Below, in pieces: positions 19,928 to 29,306 of a stretch of DNA of 64,000 nucleotides. The DNA is from Candidatus Latescibacterota bacterium. Its GTDB lineage: Bacteria; Latescibacterota; UBA2968. The position numbers and the translations under genes are program-made. Position 1 is the first letter of the stretch; the number at the start of each line of letters is the position of its first letter. The notes beneath the pieces are model-generated. The model ran no database searches. It was not told where the DNA came from and saw nothing but the letters and a program-made list of their open reading frames with translations. Where the stretch lies: positions 2,624,001 through 2,688,000 of the forward strand of contig OZ220741.1 in assembly GCA_965116885.1 (NCBI GenBank), written 5' to 3'.

Positions 19928-20822
19928 ACAGGTCTCAAAGTGGGCCGATTTGCTCACTGAACAGCGCAATCCCAATAGCATCCACATTGACCGGTGTTCG
20001 ACGGCGGATGCATTGTGCCTTATCAACGCCGAAGATCAAAAAGTAGCGCGTGCTGTTGAAGATGTGATAGATGATGTTGCCAGTGCTGTCGATCTCGTGG
20101 TATCGGCATTTCAAAAGGGCGGTCGCCTCTTTTATGTCGGCGCGGGAACCAGCGGTCGCCTCGGTGTTCTCGATGCGTCTGAATGCCCGCCGACCTATGG
20201 CGTGTCACCCGATCTCGTGCAGGGTATTATCGCCGGCGGTATTCCCGCTTTGACGCATTCGCAAGAAGGCGCGGAAGACTATCCTGAAGATGGCGAAGTA
20301 GCACTCAAAGATCGCGGCTGTTCCTCTGGTGATGTCGTTATGGGTATTGCGGCGAGTGGGGTTACACCTTTTGTGCTCGGTGCGCTTGAATACGCACAAC
20401 GCATTGGCGCGAAGGCTTTGTTTTTTACATGTAATCCGGATGTGGTAGAAAAAGTACGCGCAGATGTTGCGATCGTCCCTGTTGTGGGGCCAGAAGTCAT
20501 TGCCGGTTCGACGCGCATGAAAGCGGGTACGGCTACCAAGCTCGTGCTCAATATGATTACTACAACGGCTATGATCCGTCTGGGTAAGATCTATGAAAAT
20601 CTGATGGTTGACCTCGCGCCGACTTGCGACAAACTCATAGACCGTGCCGAACGCATTTTGGGAATCGTATCTGATCTGACGCCTGAAGAAAGTCGTCGGG
20701 CACTCGACGATGCAGAGGGCGATCTCAAAACGGCTATTATCATGACAAAACGGGCTGTCTCTATAGAAACAGCCCGCGATTTACTGCGGCAAAATGATGG
20801 CGTTATCAATGAGGTTCTGTGA
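19920..20822 (+). CDS. murQ: N-acetylmuramic acid 6-phosphate etherase
   Basis: TEQRNP, GAGTSGRLGVLDASECPPTYG, GSTRMKAGTA motifs; start overlaps the UPF0182 stop. Confidence 0.95.
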   Translation: MNKQVSKWADLLTEQRNPNSIHIDRCSTADALCLINAEDQKVARAVEDVIDDVASAVDLVVSAFQKGGRLFYVGAGTSGRLGVLDASECPPTYGVSPDLVQGIIAGGIPALTHSQEGAEDYPEDGEVALKDRGCSSGDVVMGIAASGVTPFVLGALEYAQRIGAKALFFTCNPDVVEKVRADVAIVPVVGPEVIAGSTRMKAGTATKLVLNMITTTAMIRLGKIYENLMVDLAPTCDKLIDRAERILGIVSDLTPEESRRALDDAEGDLKTAIIMTKRAVSIETARDLLRQNDGVINEVL

Positions 20823-20870
20823 CGAATCTACGAATCGAAGCTTATAACGACTTCGGGTGGCAGAGCGGGG

Positions 20871-20899
20871 TTCGTCTATTCGTCTATTCGTCTATTCGT
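20871..20899. repeat. Octamer tandem repeat (TTCGTCTA)x3+
   Basis: Three copies plus TTCGT; spans the stop codon of the ClpX-like gene. Confidence 0.85.
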
Positions 20900-22422
20900 T
20901 TACTTTGTTCCCCTTGATAGAATGTTTTTACCAGACTGTCGAGAAAGTTTTTGGGCTGGCGCACGGCTTCTGCGGTAATGACAAAAGATTGGTGCCCCAA
21001 CAGCTTTAGCCCATGCCCGTAATCATCGAATAAATCCGGACACACTTCGTCAACTGTTCGATTTTCTTTTGCGGCCTTTTCGGCAAGTGCGCCCAGTGCG
21101 TCATCGTCAAAGATGAGTGCGATGCCATAAGCGTCCTGGAATCGCTTGACAAACGCGTTTGTGCCCCGCAGGATCAGTAACTGCTGAAGTGCGTGATCGG
21201 GATTTTCAATCACATTTTTTGTGACGTGAAAAGAATCGATGTTTGTCGATGGTAATGATTTTTCAAATTTTAGCAATGTGCGTTCACATACGCTGACCAG
21301 ACTTCGCGCGCCGGTTTGTTCTTGGGCTGCCTGTTCGGCCAATAACTTGAGCGCGTCGTCGTCAAAGGTCAGATCAATGCCATAGGCTTTGAAGTCGCGT
21401 TTCTTGCTCAGGATCACCGAACTGGTCTGGCTCTGCAAAATCGCGTAGAGATCGTCAACGCTCAAGGGCGTTAAAACTGCTGTTACGGGCAACCGCCCCA
21501 CAAACTCAGACTCAAAACCATATTCGATCAGGTCTTCTGTTTTGGCGTATTGCAAAAGTTCTGTGTGGTCCTGTTCGTGAGACATGTCGCGCCCAGATTG
21601 AAACCCGACTTTGCCCAGATTGAGACGTTTTCGCACGATGTCATTGAGTCCGCTGAATGCACCGCTTACGATAAATAGGATATTGCGCGTATTAATTTTT
21701 TGACGCTCTACTTTGCCACTGCGCTGAAATTGCATCATGGATTCCATCTGCGATGTGAGGTCGTGCGGTGCTTTGAGATCGACGTCGGTTTCTTCCATGA
21801 GCTTGAGCAGGTTGCGCTGAACGCCCGTGCGCGATACATCTGGTCCAACCAGATTAGAGGCTGATGCGATTTTGTCTATTTCGTCGATGTACACGATGCC
21901 GTATTGCGCCATTTCAATGCTGCCATCGGCTTCGCGTACGAGTTCTCGAATCAGGTCTTCGACATCGCCACCCACATATCCCGTTTCGCTGAATTTTGTC
22001 GCATCACCCTTGACAAATGGAACGCCAATGCGTTGTGCAATCAACTTGATCAAATACGTTTTTCCCACGCCCGTAGGACCAATCAGCAGTATATTGTTTT
22101 TGATTTGTCCTACATTTTTGCGCGAAAATTCCGGGTCTTCGCGGTCGAGTTTCATGCGATTGTAGTGCGTACATATCTTGGTGGCTAATACTTCTTTTGC
22201 TTCGGACTGCTGCACCACATACTCGTTTAGATAAGTCTCCAACTCTTCGGGCTTGAGGTCAAAATCTATGGTTTGTTCTGCGGGTTCTTCCACGCGGGGA
22301 CCTTCCTGCATCCCGTCGGTCTCTCCTTCGGGAAATACCACCTGGTTTCCGTATTTTTCTTCGAGGAAGTTTTTGAGATCTTTTTGCAATTCTGCAGGAG
22401 AAAAAGGTCGTTTTTCAGACAT
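20884..22422 (-). CDS. ClpX-like AAA+ ATPase lacking the N-terminal zinc-binding domain
   Basis: GPTGVGKT, DATKFSETGYVG, YIDEIDK, DVSRTGVQRNLLK, EFVGRLP, GARSL; minus-strand TTGACA-17-TATTGT at 22524-22496. Confidence 0.85.
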   Translation of the reverse strand: MSEKRPFSPAELQKDLKNFLEEKYGNQVVFPEGETDGMQEGPRVEEPAEQTIDFDLKPEELETYLNEYVVQQSEAKEVLATKICTHYNRMKLDREDPEFSRKNVGQIKNNILLIGPTGVGKTYLIKLIAQRIGVPFVKGDATKFSETGYVGGDVEDLIRELVREADGSIEMAQYGIVYIDEIDKIASASNLVGPDVSRTGVQRNLLKLMEETDVDLKAPHDLTSQMESMMQFQRSGKVERQKINTRNILFIVSGAFSGLNDIVRKRLNLGKVGFQSGRDMSHEQDHTELLQYAKTEDLIEYGFESEFVGRLPVTAVLTPLSVDDLYAILQSQTSSVILSKKRDFKAYGIDLTFDDDALKLLAEQAAQEQTGARSLVSVCERTLLKFEKSLPSTNIDSFHVTKNVIENPDHALQQLLILRGTNAFVKRFQDAYGIALIFDDDALGALAEKAAKENRTVDEVCPDLFDDYGHGLKLLGHQSFVITAEAVRQPKNFLDSLVKTFYQGEQSKRIDE

Positions 22423-22553
22423 AAAAAAAGCTCCAGGGTCAAGGGGCTGGGGATAAGTTCTCAGTCCATCCAGAGTAATAACTGAAAGCACCTAAACAAT
22501 ACCAATACTGCTTCTAACTGTCAAGTTATCTGACGGCAGGATGAGACACAGTT

Positions 22554-24278
22554 ATGAATCTCACTCCACTAACACTGCGCCGATTATGCGATGAATTGCA
22601 GCCTCAGATCGACCATCGTCTGATCCGCGATGTGTACCTCGTAGGTCGGCACGATATGTTTTTGTATCTGGGCGATGCGGGATACCTCTTGCTTTCCTCA
22701 CACCCGAGTCGAAGTTGCCTGATGCTGACGCAACCACCTATCGACGCCCAGCATGTGCGCATCCCCTGGGCGGATCGCTATTTGCGCGGTGCGGGTATTA
22801 TTGGCATTGAGCATGTTCCCCAAGAACGCATTGTGCATCTCGTGGTTCGCAAGCGCGATCGCATTGGCATAGCTACCGATTCCCGCATTATATGCGAGTT
22901 GATCAACAGGTATGCCAATGTTGTTCTCGCAGATATGAAAACGGGACGAATCCTGGGGGCACTCAGGTCCATTCGCGCCCGTCAGAACCGCGTGCGGGAA
23001 ATATCCCCGGGAAAGATCTATCAGCCGCCGCCAGCACTTGACCGCATGCCACCGGAAAGCGCGAAGCTTTCCTTTTTGATCGATATTCCCCAGGATATGC
23101 GCGCAAATGCGCTTGTCCAACATATTGCGGGTCTTGATCTGATATCTGCACGCGAATTGCTTCATATTGCTGGTTTTGTGGAGAAACGCCGGCTTTCCGC
23201 CAGCGATCTCGCAAATTTTGCAGAGATTATTCGCGCCTTTTTTGCGAATCCGCCATTTTATGACGGGGGCCTGCGCGTGCGCGAAGGGGATAATCACAAC
23301 GCGATTTGTGCTCTTGATGTTCGGCATACGCAGATAGAACAAGCGTATAGTACGCTCAGCGAAGCCATATCGGATGTTGCGGCGTGTGAAGTTCAGGCTG
23401 AAGCACTTAAAGGGCGACAGAAAAATATCGAGAAGGATGTGAAAAAACGCCTGACCGTCTGCGAGCGGAAAATTGCGCGTATCCGCGCAGATATCGACGA
23501 TGCGCGCAATGCAGATTTGTATGAAAAGATGGGGAATGTGCTGATGTGCCACATCGCGCAGATTCCTCCGAATCTCGATACTATCACGTTGCCCGATGTG
23601 TTTAGTCCCTCCAGTGGGGATATGGTTATTCCCCTCAATCCGCGACGCACGGCTTCGGAAAATGCCAGCGCGTATCTCAAGCGGGCGCGGAAAGCGAGAA
23701 AAGGCGCGCCTATTCTCGCCAAACGCCTCGTGGCCGCGCAGAGGGAAAAGGATGAAATCCAGCAGTACATAGATCGCCTCAATACTGTCCGTTCAGAAGT
23801 TGAGTTCGATGAGATACGACAGGAACTGGAAGACGCGCGCTTGATCAAAGCTCCAAAAAAGAGACCGCAAGTCAGGTCTAAACGCCAGAGCGGCGATATC
23901 CATCCCAGGCGGTATCGCACACGGGATGGTTGGCGCGTGCTGGTGGGGCGGAATAATACGGAGAACGACAAGCTTACCAAAAGTTCAGGCCGCGACGATC
24001 TCTTTTTGCATGTTCACGGATGTCCGGGATCCCATGTGATTCTCAAACGCGATGGCAGAGCGGATCGCCCTTCTCGAAAAACACTTGAAGAAGCTGCCAG
24101 TCTGGCGGCTTACTGGAGCAAAGCGCGGGGTGCCCAAAGCGTGCCGGTCAATTATACGGAGGTGCGCTATGTGCAAAAGCCGCGCGGGGCACCGCCGGGC
24201 CTGGTGACTATTCGCAACGAAAAAACCGTGATGGTCTCGCCTCGTGAACTCAAGCGCGAGGATGGGGAATATTCGTAA
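22554..24278 (+). CDS. NFACT-family protein (RqcH/FbpA-like ribosome quality control factor)
   Basis: NFACT-N (ERIV..ELINRYAN), coiled coils, ENASAY, NFACT-R (VGRNNTENDKL, HVHGCPGSHV, VNYT). Confidence 0.85.
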   Translation: MNLTPLTLRRLCDELQPQIDHRLIRDVYLVGRHDMFLYLGDAGYLLLSSHPSRSCLMLTQPPIDAQHVRIPWADRYLRGAGIIGIEHVPQERIVHLVVRKRDRIGIATDSRIICELINRYANVVLADMKTGRILGALRSIRARQNRVREISPGKIYQPPPALDRMPPESAKLSFLIDIPQDMRANALVQHIAGLDLISARELLHIAGFVEKRRLSASDLANFAEIIRAFFANPPFYDGGLRVREGDNHNAICALDVRHTQIEQAYSTLSEAISDVAACEVQAEALKGRQKNIEKDVKKRLTVCERKIARIRADIDDARNADLYEKMGNVLMCHIAQIPPNLDTITLPDVFSPSSGDMVIPLNPRRTASENASAYLKRARKARKGAPILAKRLVAAQREKDEIQQYIDRLNTVRSEVEFDEIRQELEDARLIKAPKKRPQVRSKRQSGDIHPRRYRTRDGWRVLVGRNNTENDKLTKSSGRDDLFLHVHGCPGSHVILKRDGRADRPSRKTLEEAASLAAYWSKARGAQSVPVNYTEVRYVQKPRGAPPGLVTIRNEKTVMVSPRELKREDGEYS

Positions 24279-24306
24279 AATTTTTTAATTTTTCAAGGGA
24301 GATATT

Positions 24307-25038
24307 GTGTCGAGAAAGAGGGTGTTGATTACAGGCGCAGCAGGGCGAATTGGCGTGGTGCTCACAGATGGTTTGCACGAGCGGTATCAACTGCGAGTGC
24401 TTTACAATCGCACGATTTTAGATCAGAAATACGACGAGGAAGTGATGGTGGGAAATATCGCGGATCTGGAGAAGATGGAAGAGGCTGTGGATGGAATAGA
24501 TGCGGTGGTTCACATGGCGGGCAATCCGTCGGGCGGGGCGACGTTTGAAGAAACAGTTGAGGCGAATATTATTGGTACCTACAATATTTACGAGGCGTGC
24601 AAGCGCAGAGGGGTGAAGCGGGTGATTTTTGCCAGTACAAATCACGTTACGGGCATGTATGAAAAGAAGGGTCCGATTTATACGACCTGGGAAATGCCCG
24701 TGCGTCCCGATAGTTATTACGGCGCGAGCAAAGCGTATGGCGAAGCGTTGGGACGGTATTATGTCGATGAATATGGTCTGTCTGTGATTTGCCATCGCAT
24801 TGGGTCTTTTCAGCCTGTTTCTTCTGTTCAGAATCGAGGCAGTGACCGAATTTTGTCGTCCTGGCTGAGTTATAAAGATACAGTGCAGTTGACCTGGCGA
24901 AGCATTGAGGCGCCGGAGAAAATTGATTTTGCGATTTATTACGGTATTTCGGGCAATACGCGAGCGTATTGGGATATTCAGAATGCGCGCGAAGAGATCG
25001 GGTATGATCCCGTGGATAATGCCGAGGATTATGTGTAG
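24307..25038 (+). CDS. NAD(P)-dependent oxidoreductase (extended SDR, uronate-dehydrogenase-like)
   Basis: ITGAAGRIG, FASTNH, YGASK, RIGSF. Confidence 0.85.
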   Translation: MSRKRVLITGAAGRIGVVLTDGLHERYQLRVLYNRTILDQKYDEEVMVGNIADLEKMEEAVDGIDAVVHMAGNPSGGATFEETVEANIIGTYNIYEACKRRGVKRVIFASTNHVTGMYEKKGPIYTTWEMPVRPDSYYGASKAYGEALGRYYVDEYGLSVICHRIGSFQPVSSVQNRGSDRILSSWLSYKDTVQLTWRSIEAPEKIDFAIYYGISGNTRAYWDIQNAREEIGYDPVDNAEDYV

Positions 25039-25049
25039 CGAGAAATGCT

Positions 25050-25085
25050 AAAACCCGCCGATTGCTCAAAGTCGGCGGGTTTTTT
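25050..25085. terminator. Bidirectional intrinsic terminator
   Basis: AAAACCCGCCGA...TCGGCGGGTTTTT between convergent genes. Confidence 0.8.
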
Positions 25086-25104
25086 GTGCCTGAATGTGAC
25101 GGTT

Positions 25105-25986
25105 TTATGCGAGGCCGTGCATGCGTTTGGCCGATGTTATGGTGTTGTACAGGAGCATGGTGATGGTCATGGGACCAACGCCGCCCGGGACGGGTGTGAT
25201 GGCGCGCGCTTTTTTGCTGATGGCTGCGTAATCGACGTCGCCAACGAGGCGATAACCCGTTTTTCTGGATTTGTCGGGTACCCGGTTGACGCCTATGTCG
25301 ATTACGACTGTGCCGTTTTGTACCATATCGGCAGTAATGGTGTTGGGGTGCCCTGTCACAACAATGAGGATATTCGCCTGACGGGTGAAGTGGCCGAGGT
25401 CGCGCGTACCGGTATGGCATAAGGTGACGGTGGCATTTGTGGCTTTTTGCGAAAGGATGTTGGCGAGTGGGCGGCCCACCAGGGTGCTGCGCCCCACGAT
25501 GACGACGTGTTTGCCCGCGACTTCAAAGTTGCCGCGTTTGAGGATTTGTTGCACGCCGTGAGGCGTGCAGGGCAAAAAGCCTTCTTCACCGCGCATGAGG
25601 CGGCCGAGGTTGACCGGGTGGAGACCATCTACATCTTTGTCGGGGGATATGCTGTTGAGGGTAGTTTGTTCGTCAAAGCCTTCGGGCAGGGGAAGTTGAA
25701 CGAGGATGCCGTGAATGGTGGGGTCATCGTTGAGTTGTTTAATGGTGTCGAGAAGGTGGGATTCGGGCTGGTCGGCTGTCAGGGTGTGTTCAATAGAGTA
25801 CAGGCCGATGTCTGCACAGGCTTTGCGTTTGCCTTTGATGTAGGATATGGATGCCGGGTCGTCACCGACGAGTACGACCGCGAGGCCAGGGGTGAGGTTG
25901 TGATTTGTTTTGAGGTGCCTGACTTCTTCGGCCATTTCAGCGCGCATGGTTTGGGACAGGTCTGTGCCGTTTATGATTTTTGCCAT
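25105..25986 (-). CDS. folD: Bifunctional methylene-THF dehydrogenase/cyclohydrolase
   Basis: GILVQLPLP, KDVDGLHP, PCTP, GRS..VGRP, TPVPGGVGPMT. Confidence 0.96.
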   Translation of the reverse strand: MAKIINGTDLSQTMRAEMAEEVRHLKTNHNLTPGLAVVLVGDDPASISYIKGKRKACADIGLYSIEHTLTADQPESHLLDTIKQLNDDPTIHGILVQLPLPEGFDEQTTLNSISPDKDVDGLHPVNLGRLMRGEEGFLPCTPHGVQQILKRGNFEVAGKHVVIVGRSTLVGRPLANILSQKATNATVTLCHTGTRDLGHFTRQANILIVVTGHPNTITADMVQNGTVVIDIGVNRVPDKSRKTGYRLVGDVDYAAISKKARAITPVPGGVGPMTITMLLYNTITSAKRMHGLA

Positions 25987-26012
25987 GGTCGCTTTCTCCC
26001 ATGTGAATGCCC

Positions 26013-26061
26013 AAAATAAAAAGACGCCCGGGCGATGTGATTGTTTTTAGCCCAGGCGGTC
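26013..26061 (-). terminator. Riboswitch expression-platform terminator in the folD leader
   Basis: GACCGCCTGGGC pairs with GCCCGGGCGTC, followed by TTTTTATTTT; 5' arm overlaps aptamer P3. Confidence 0.75.
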
Positions 26062-26125
26062 GGCGTGTGTTTATAGTCCAGTGCTTCCTCGTGGTTATTT
26101 CCACGTTTCCGCCAGTTACACTGGA
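26050..26125 (-). ncRNA. ZMP/ZTP (pfl) riboswitch aptamer
   Basis: Minus strand: TCCAGTG-TAACTGGCGGAAA-CGTGG-AAATAA-CCACG-AGGAAG-CACTGGA, linker, GCCGACCGCCTGGGC (CGCC in L3 complementary to GGCG); upstream of folD; TTGAAT-17-TAAATT promoter just upstream. Confidence 0.9.
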
Positions 26126-26176
26126 GATTTCTGTAAATTTAAGGGATTTGGGCAGATAATTCAAATTTTTTTTGGG

Positions 26177-27604
26177 TTACCAGCCCGCGTTTTTTTGAAG
26201 GGAGATCGGATGTTCGAAATCGCTTTCCATTGTTTCGGGGAGTTGATAGACGTTGCCTTTTTTGTCGCAGAAGTAAAGGCATGATTTGGATGCACGTCGC
26301 GCATTGCCGTCAGCCCAGAGGGCGTAGAAGTCGGGGTGTGCATTGACGGGGCTTCGGGCATAGGTGTGGTTGCGGATGCTGTCTTGCGTGAGTTGTTTGA
26401 CGCGCTTCCACGTTTGTTCACTGCGTTCCCACATTGCCATTTCTCCGCCGGGATTGTAGGGTTGTGGTCCGGTTTCTGTGGGGGCGATGACGCGATAGGT
26501 GCCATCTGCTTCGAGGTAGAGGGACCCCATGTCATAGTTGCTGTCGGATATGGTGATGGGATGGGCGTGCCAGTCGCTCCCGGTCCATTGCAATAGGGTC
26601 CAGGTGCGCGGGCCATTTTCCGGGCCCGATTCATAACCTTTGCTGGTGATGACGAGGATGACGGGCTTTCCCTGTGGGTCGAGGCGAATGTCTTTGAGAT
26701 AGACTTTTAGTCCTTCGGCTGCGTAATCGCGCACGAGGGCGTTGTTGTGTGGGGTTGTGAGCGGAATTTCGACGGGTTCCCCGGCTGCGTTTTGCCAGGT
26801 TTGTCCAAAGTCGGGGGTTTCGAGGTAGTAGAGGTTGGTGCGCCAGTTGAGACCGTGAGGATCGGGATGGTAGTTGAAGGCTGTGACGGCTTTTTGGCTG
26901 GAGCATATACTGATTTGATAATGTCCTTTTTCGATGGCGGCCAGGCGCGTCCATTCGGACCATTTGACGCCGTTGGGGCTGGTCGTGAAGAAGAGGGTGC
27001 GGTCGGCCGGGTCTTTGTAGCGGGTGACAAAGTTGATGAAGCCGCGACCGGGTAAGTGCCAGGCTTGCATGTAGGAGAAGTTGTCCATGGGGCGTTCTGC
27101 GCCATTGAGGCGATAGGTCGCGTCAATTTGTTCAAATTCATCGATGTCGTAGGGTTTTGCGCTTCGGTGGATATATGAGGGGCGCGATAAGCCGTGTGCG
27201 GTAGAGAAGATCCAGATATAGCCGTCGTCGTCTATGGAGATGACGGGATTGTCGTGGGCGTCGGCTGTGTTTTTGTCGAGGAGGATGGTCGGACGGGGTA
27301 CTTGTCGGGTTTTGTGGTCGAAGTAGGAGATCATGTGCAGGAGAAAACCGCTGCGATTGCGCGAGAAAGCGCGGTCGCCATTGAGGTCTTCTTCTGTGTG
27401 TTTGAGATGTGCGTCAACGGGTGTGCCACCATAACAGAAGAAGGTTTTTTCGACTTCGGGTCGGTACACGGCAAAGGGGCGATGTTTGGCACAGTACGTG
27501 CCCAATCCACCGCTGTATTTGTACACGTATTCATCGCCGGATGGCTGATTGTAATACCATATTCCGCGATAGCCCGTGTCTTTTTGGTTTATGGTGAGGG
27601 TCAT
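26177..27604 (-). CDS. BNR-repeat (BNR_4-like) beta-propeller protein
   Basis: DAHDNP..IDDDGYIW motif and Asp-box-like repeats SPNGVKW, TPDFGQTW. Confidence 0.7.
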   Translation of the reverse strand: MTLTINQKDTGYRGIWYYNQPSGDEYVYKYSGGLGTYCAKHRPFAVYRPEVEKTFFCYGGTPVDAHLKHTEEDLNGDRAFSRNRSGFLLHMISYFDHKTRQVPRPTILLDKNTADAHDNPVISIDDDGYIWIFSTAHGLSRPSYIHRSAKPYDIDEFEQIDATYRLNGAERPMDNFSYMQAWHLPGRGFINFVTRYKDPADRTLFFTTSPNGVKWSEWTRLAAIEKGHYQISICSSQKAVTAFNYHPDPHGLNWRTNLYYLETPDFGQTWQNAAGEPVEIPLTTPHNNALVRDYAAEGLKVYLKDIRLDPQGKPVILVITSKGYESGPENGPRTWTLLQWTGSDWHAHPITISDSNYDMGSLYLEADGTYRVIAPTETGPQPYNPGGEMAMWERSEQTWKRVKQLTQDSIRNHTYARSPVNAHPDFYALWADGNARRASKSCLYFCDKKGNVYQLPETMESDFEHPISLQKNAGW

Positions 27605-27724
27605 GTTTTCTCCTTTGGATGAGAATATTGGCAGATGATAAAAAAAGGGAAAAGGAAATCCGCGTCAAGTTTCTTGACAAAGTTTGGTTTCATGGCTTCA
27701 TTGAAAAAATAATGTGCCATGCAT

Positions 27725-27776
27725 GGGCAGATCCTGTGTCTGCTTCATTGTAGGGGCGGTGCCCCCGTGCCCGCCC
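27725..27776 (+). repeat. REP-like palindromes
   Basis: GTAG followed by GGGCGG...CCGCCC (27750-27776) and a degenerate GCAGA...TCTGC hairpin just before. Confidence 0.5.
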
Positions 27777-27795
27777 GCTCTTAGAAAGGATTATT

Positions 27796-28548
27796 ATGTC
27801 GAATCCCACGATTGATGTGTTGATGTCGCACAGGAGTATTCGGAGGTTTGAAGATCGAGCATTGCCCGATGGGGTGTTGGAGACGCTGATTCGGTGCGGG
27901 CAGCAGGCGAGTACGTCGAGTAATTTGCAGGCTTATACGGTGATTCATGTGGCTGATCCCGAACGGAAGAAGAAGTTGGCCGAGTTGTGTGCCGATCAGG
28001 TGCAGATTCATCAGAGTGCGGCATTTTTGGCTTTTTGTGCGGATTTGCATCGGGATCGGATGGCGAATCAGATGCATGGGGTTGAGCGGTTTGATGGGGA
28101 TTATGTGGAGGCGTTGATGATTGCGACGGTGGATGTCGCGCTGATGATGCAGAATGTGGCGATTGCGGCAGAGTCTATGGGGTTGGGTATTTGTATGATT
28201 GGGGCAATGCGGAATAATCCAAAGGCTGTGGGTGAATTGCTCGGGTTGCCGCCTTATGTTGTGGCTGTGTCGGGTTTTTGTATTGGGTATCCCGCGCAGG
28301 AGCCAGAGGTGAAACCGCGGTTGCCCGTCGATGCGGTGTTGCACCGGGAGCGTTATCTGGACGATGAGACGCATTGCGCGATTATGAAGGATTACGATCA
28401 GAAGATGGTGGAATTTTATGCGTCACAGGGGATGCACGAAGGAGATCAGCGCTGGACAACGGTGGTGGGCGGGCGCACCGGGCAATTTCATGCGCGTGAG
28501 GAACTGGATGAGTTTCTGACAGCGCAGGGGTTTAAGTTGCGGCGGTGA
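27796..28548 (+). CDS. NADPH-dependent nitro/flavin reductase (NfsA/NfrA family)
   Basis: HRSIRRF, ASTSSNLQ, AAESMGLG..IG..RN, KPRLP. Confidence 0.9.
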   Translation: MSNPTIDVLMSHRSIRRFEDRALPDGVLETLIRCGQQASTSSNLQAYTVIHVADPERKKKLAELCADQVQIHQSAAFLAFCADLHRDRMANQMHGVERFDGDYVEALMIATVDVALMMQNVAIAAESMGLGICMIGAMRNNPKAVGELLGLPPYVVAVSGFCIGYPAQEPEVKPRLPVDAVLHRERYLDDETHCAIMKDYDQKMVEFYASQGMHEGDQRWTTVVGGRTGQFHAREELDEFLTAQGFKLRR

Positions 28549-28658
28549 AGGGGCGACTCGGTGGGATGATGGAATTGAAAAGAACTTGACCGAATTTCAA
28601 GCGTGTATTATATACGCCGATGTAAGTTTGAAGATGAATAATCATAAAGGAGGATGAG

Positions 28659-29306
28659 ATGAAAGTGCTGATTTTATCGGGGCCGAACCATCGGTTTGAT
28701 GCAAGTGCCGAGGTTATCCATGGGTTTTTGGGCGCTCAGAACGATTTGTCTGTGGCGCTTGAAGACAATAAGGATGTGCTGACTTCAGACGCTTTGGACG
28801 ATTTTGATGTGCTGGTACACGGTACGGGATTCACGCGTACAGAACGGGATGCAGATGGGACGGTGAATCGCTTGCCTGATTTGGCGCCTGAGCAAGAAGA
28901 GGGACTATTTGATTTTGTGGCGGGTGGCAAAGGTCTGGTGGGCATTCACGGGACGGCATGGTGGATTGGTGGGAGGGCTGTGGATTTGATCGGCGGACAC
29001 GCAAACTGGCATCCGCCGGGATTGACGTTTACCGTCAATATTGCGGATGACGCGCATCCCATTACGCAAGGGGTCGATGATTTTGAAGTGGAAGATGAGA
29101 TTTATATGTCGGCCTGGGATCCCGCTGTTCACATTTTGGCAACCGCGGATTGGAGCGATAAGCAGCATCCCATGGCCTGGGTGAAAGATTATGGCGAAGG
29201 ACGGGTATTTTACACGACTCTGGGACACGGGCCAGGTACATTTGAGCGGGCAGGGATGCAACAACTGGTCACGCAGGGCGTGAGGTGGGCTGGAGGGAAC
29301 TCGTGA
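28659..29306 (+). CDS. ThuA (trehalose utilization)-like glutamine-amidotransferase-fold protein
   Basis: GGKGLVGIH, HPIT, DEIY, PMAW, GRVFYTTLGH; AAGGAGG RBS. Confidence 0.85.
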   Translation: MKVLILSGPNHRFDASAEVIHGFLGAQNDLSVALEDNKDVLTSDALDDFDVLVHGTGFTRTERDADGTVNRLPDLAPEQEEGLFDFVAGGKGLVGIHGTAWWIGGRAVDLIGGHANWHPPGLTFTVNIADDAHPITQGVDDFEVEDEIYMSAWDPAVHILATADWSDKQHPMAWVKDYGEGRVFYTTLGHGPGTFERAGMQQLVTQGVRWAGGNS

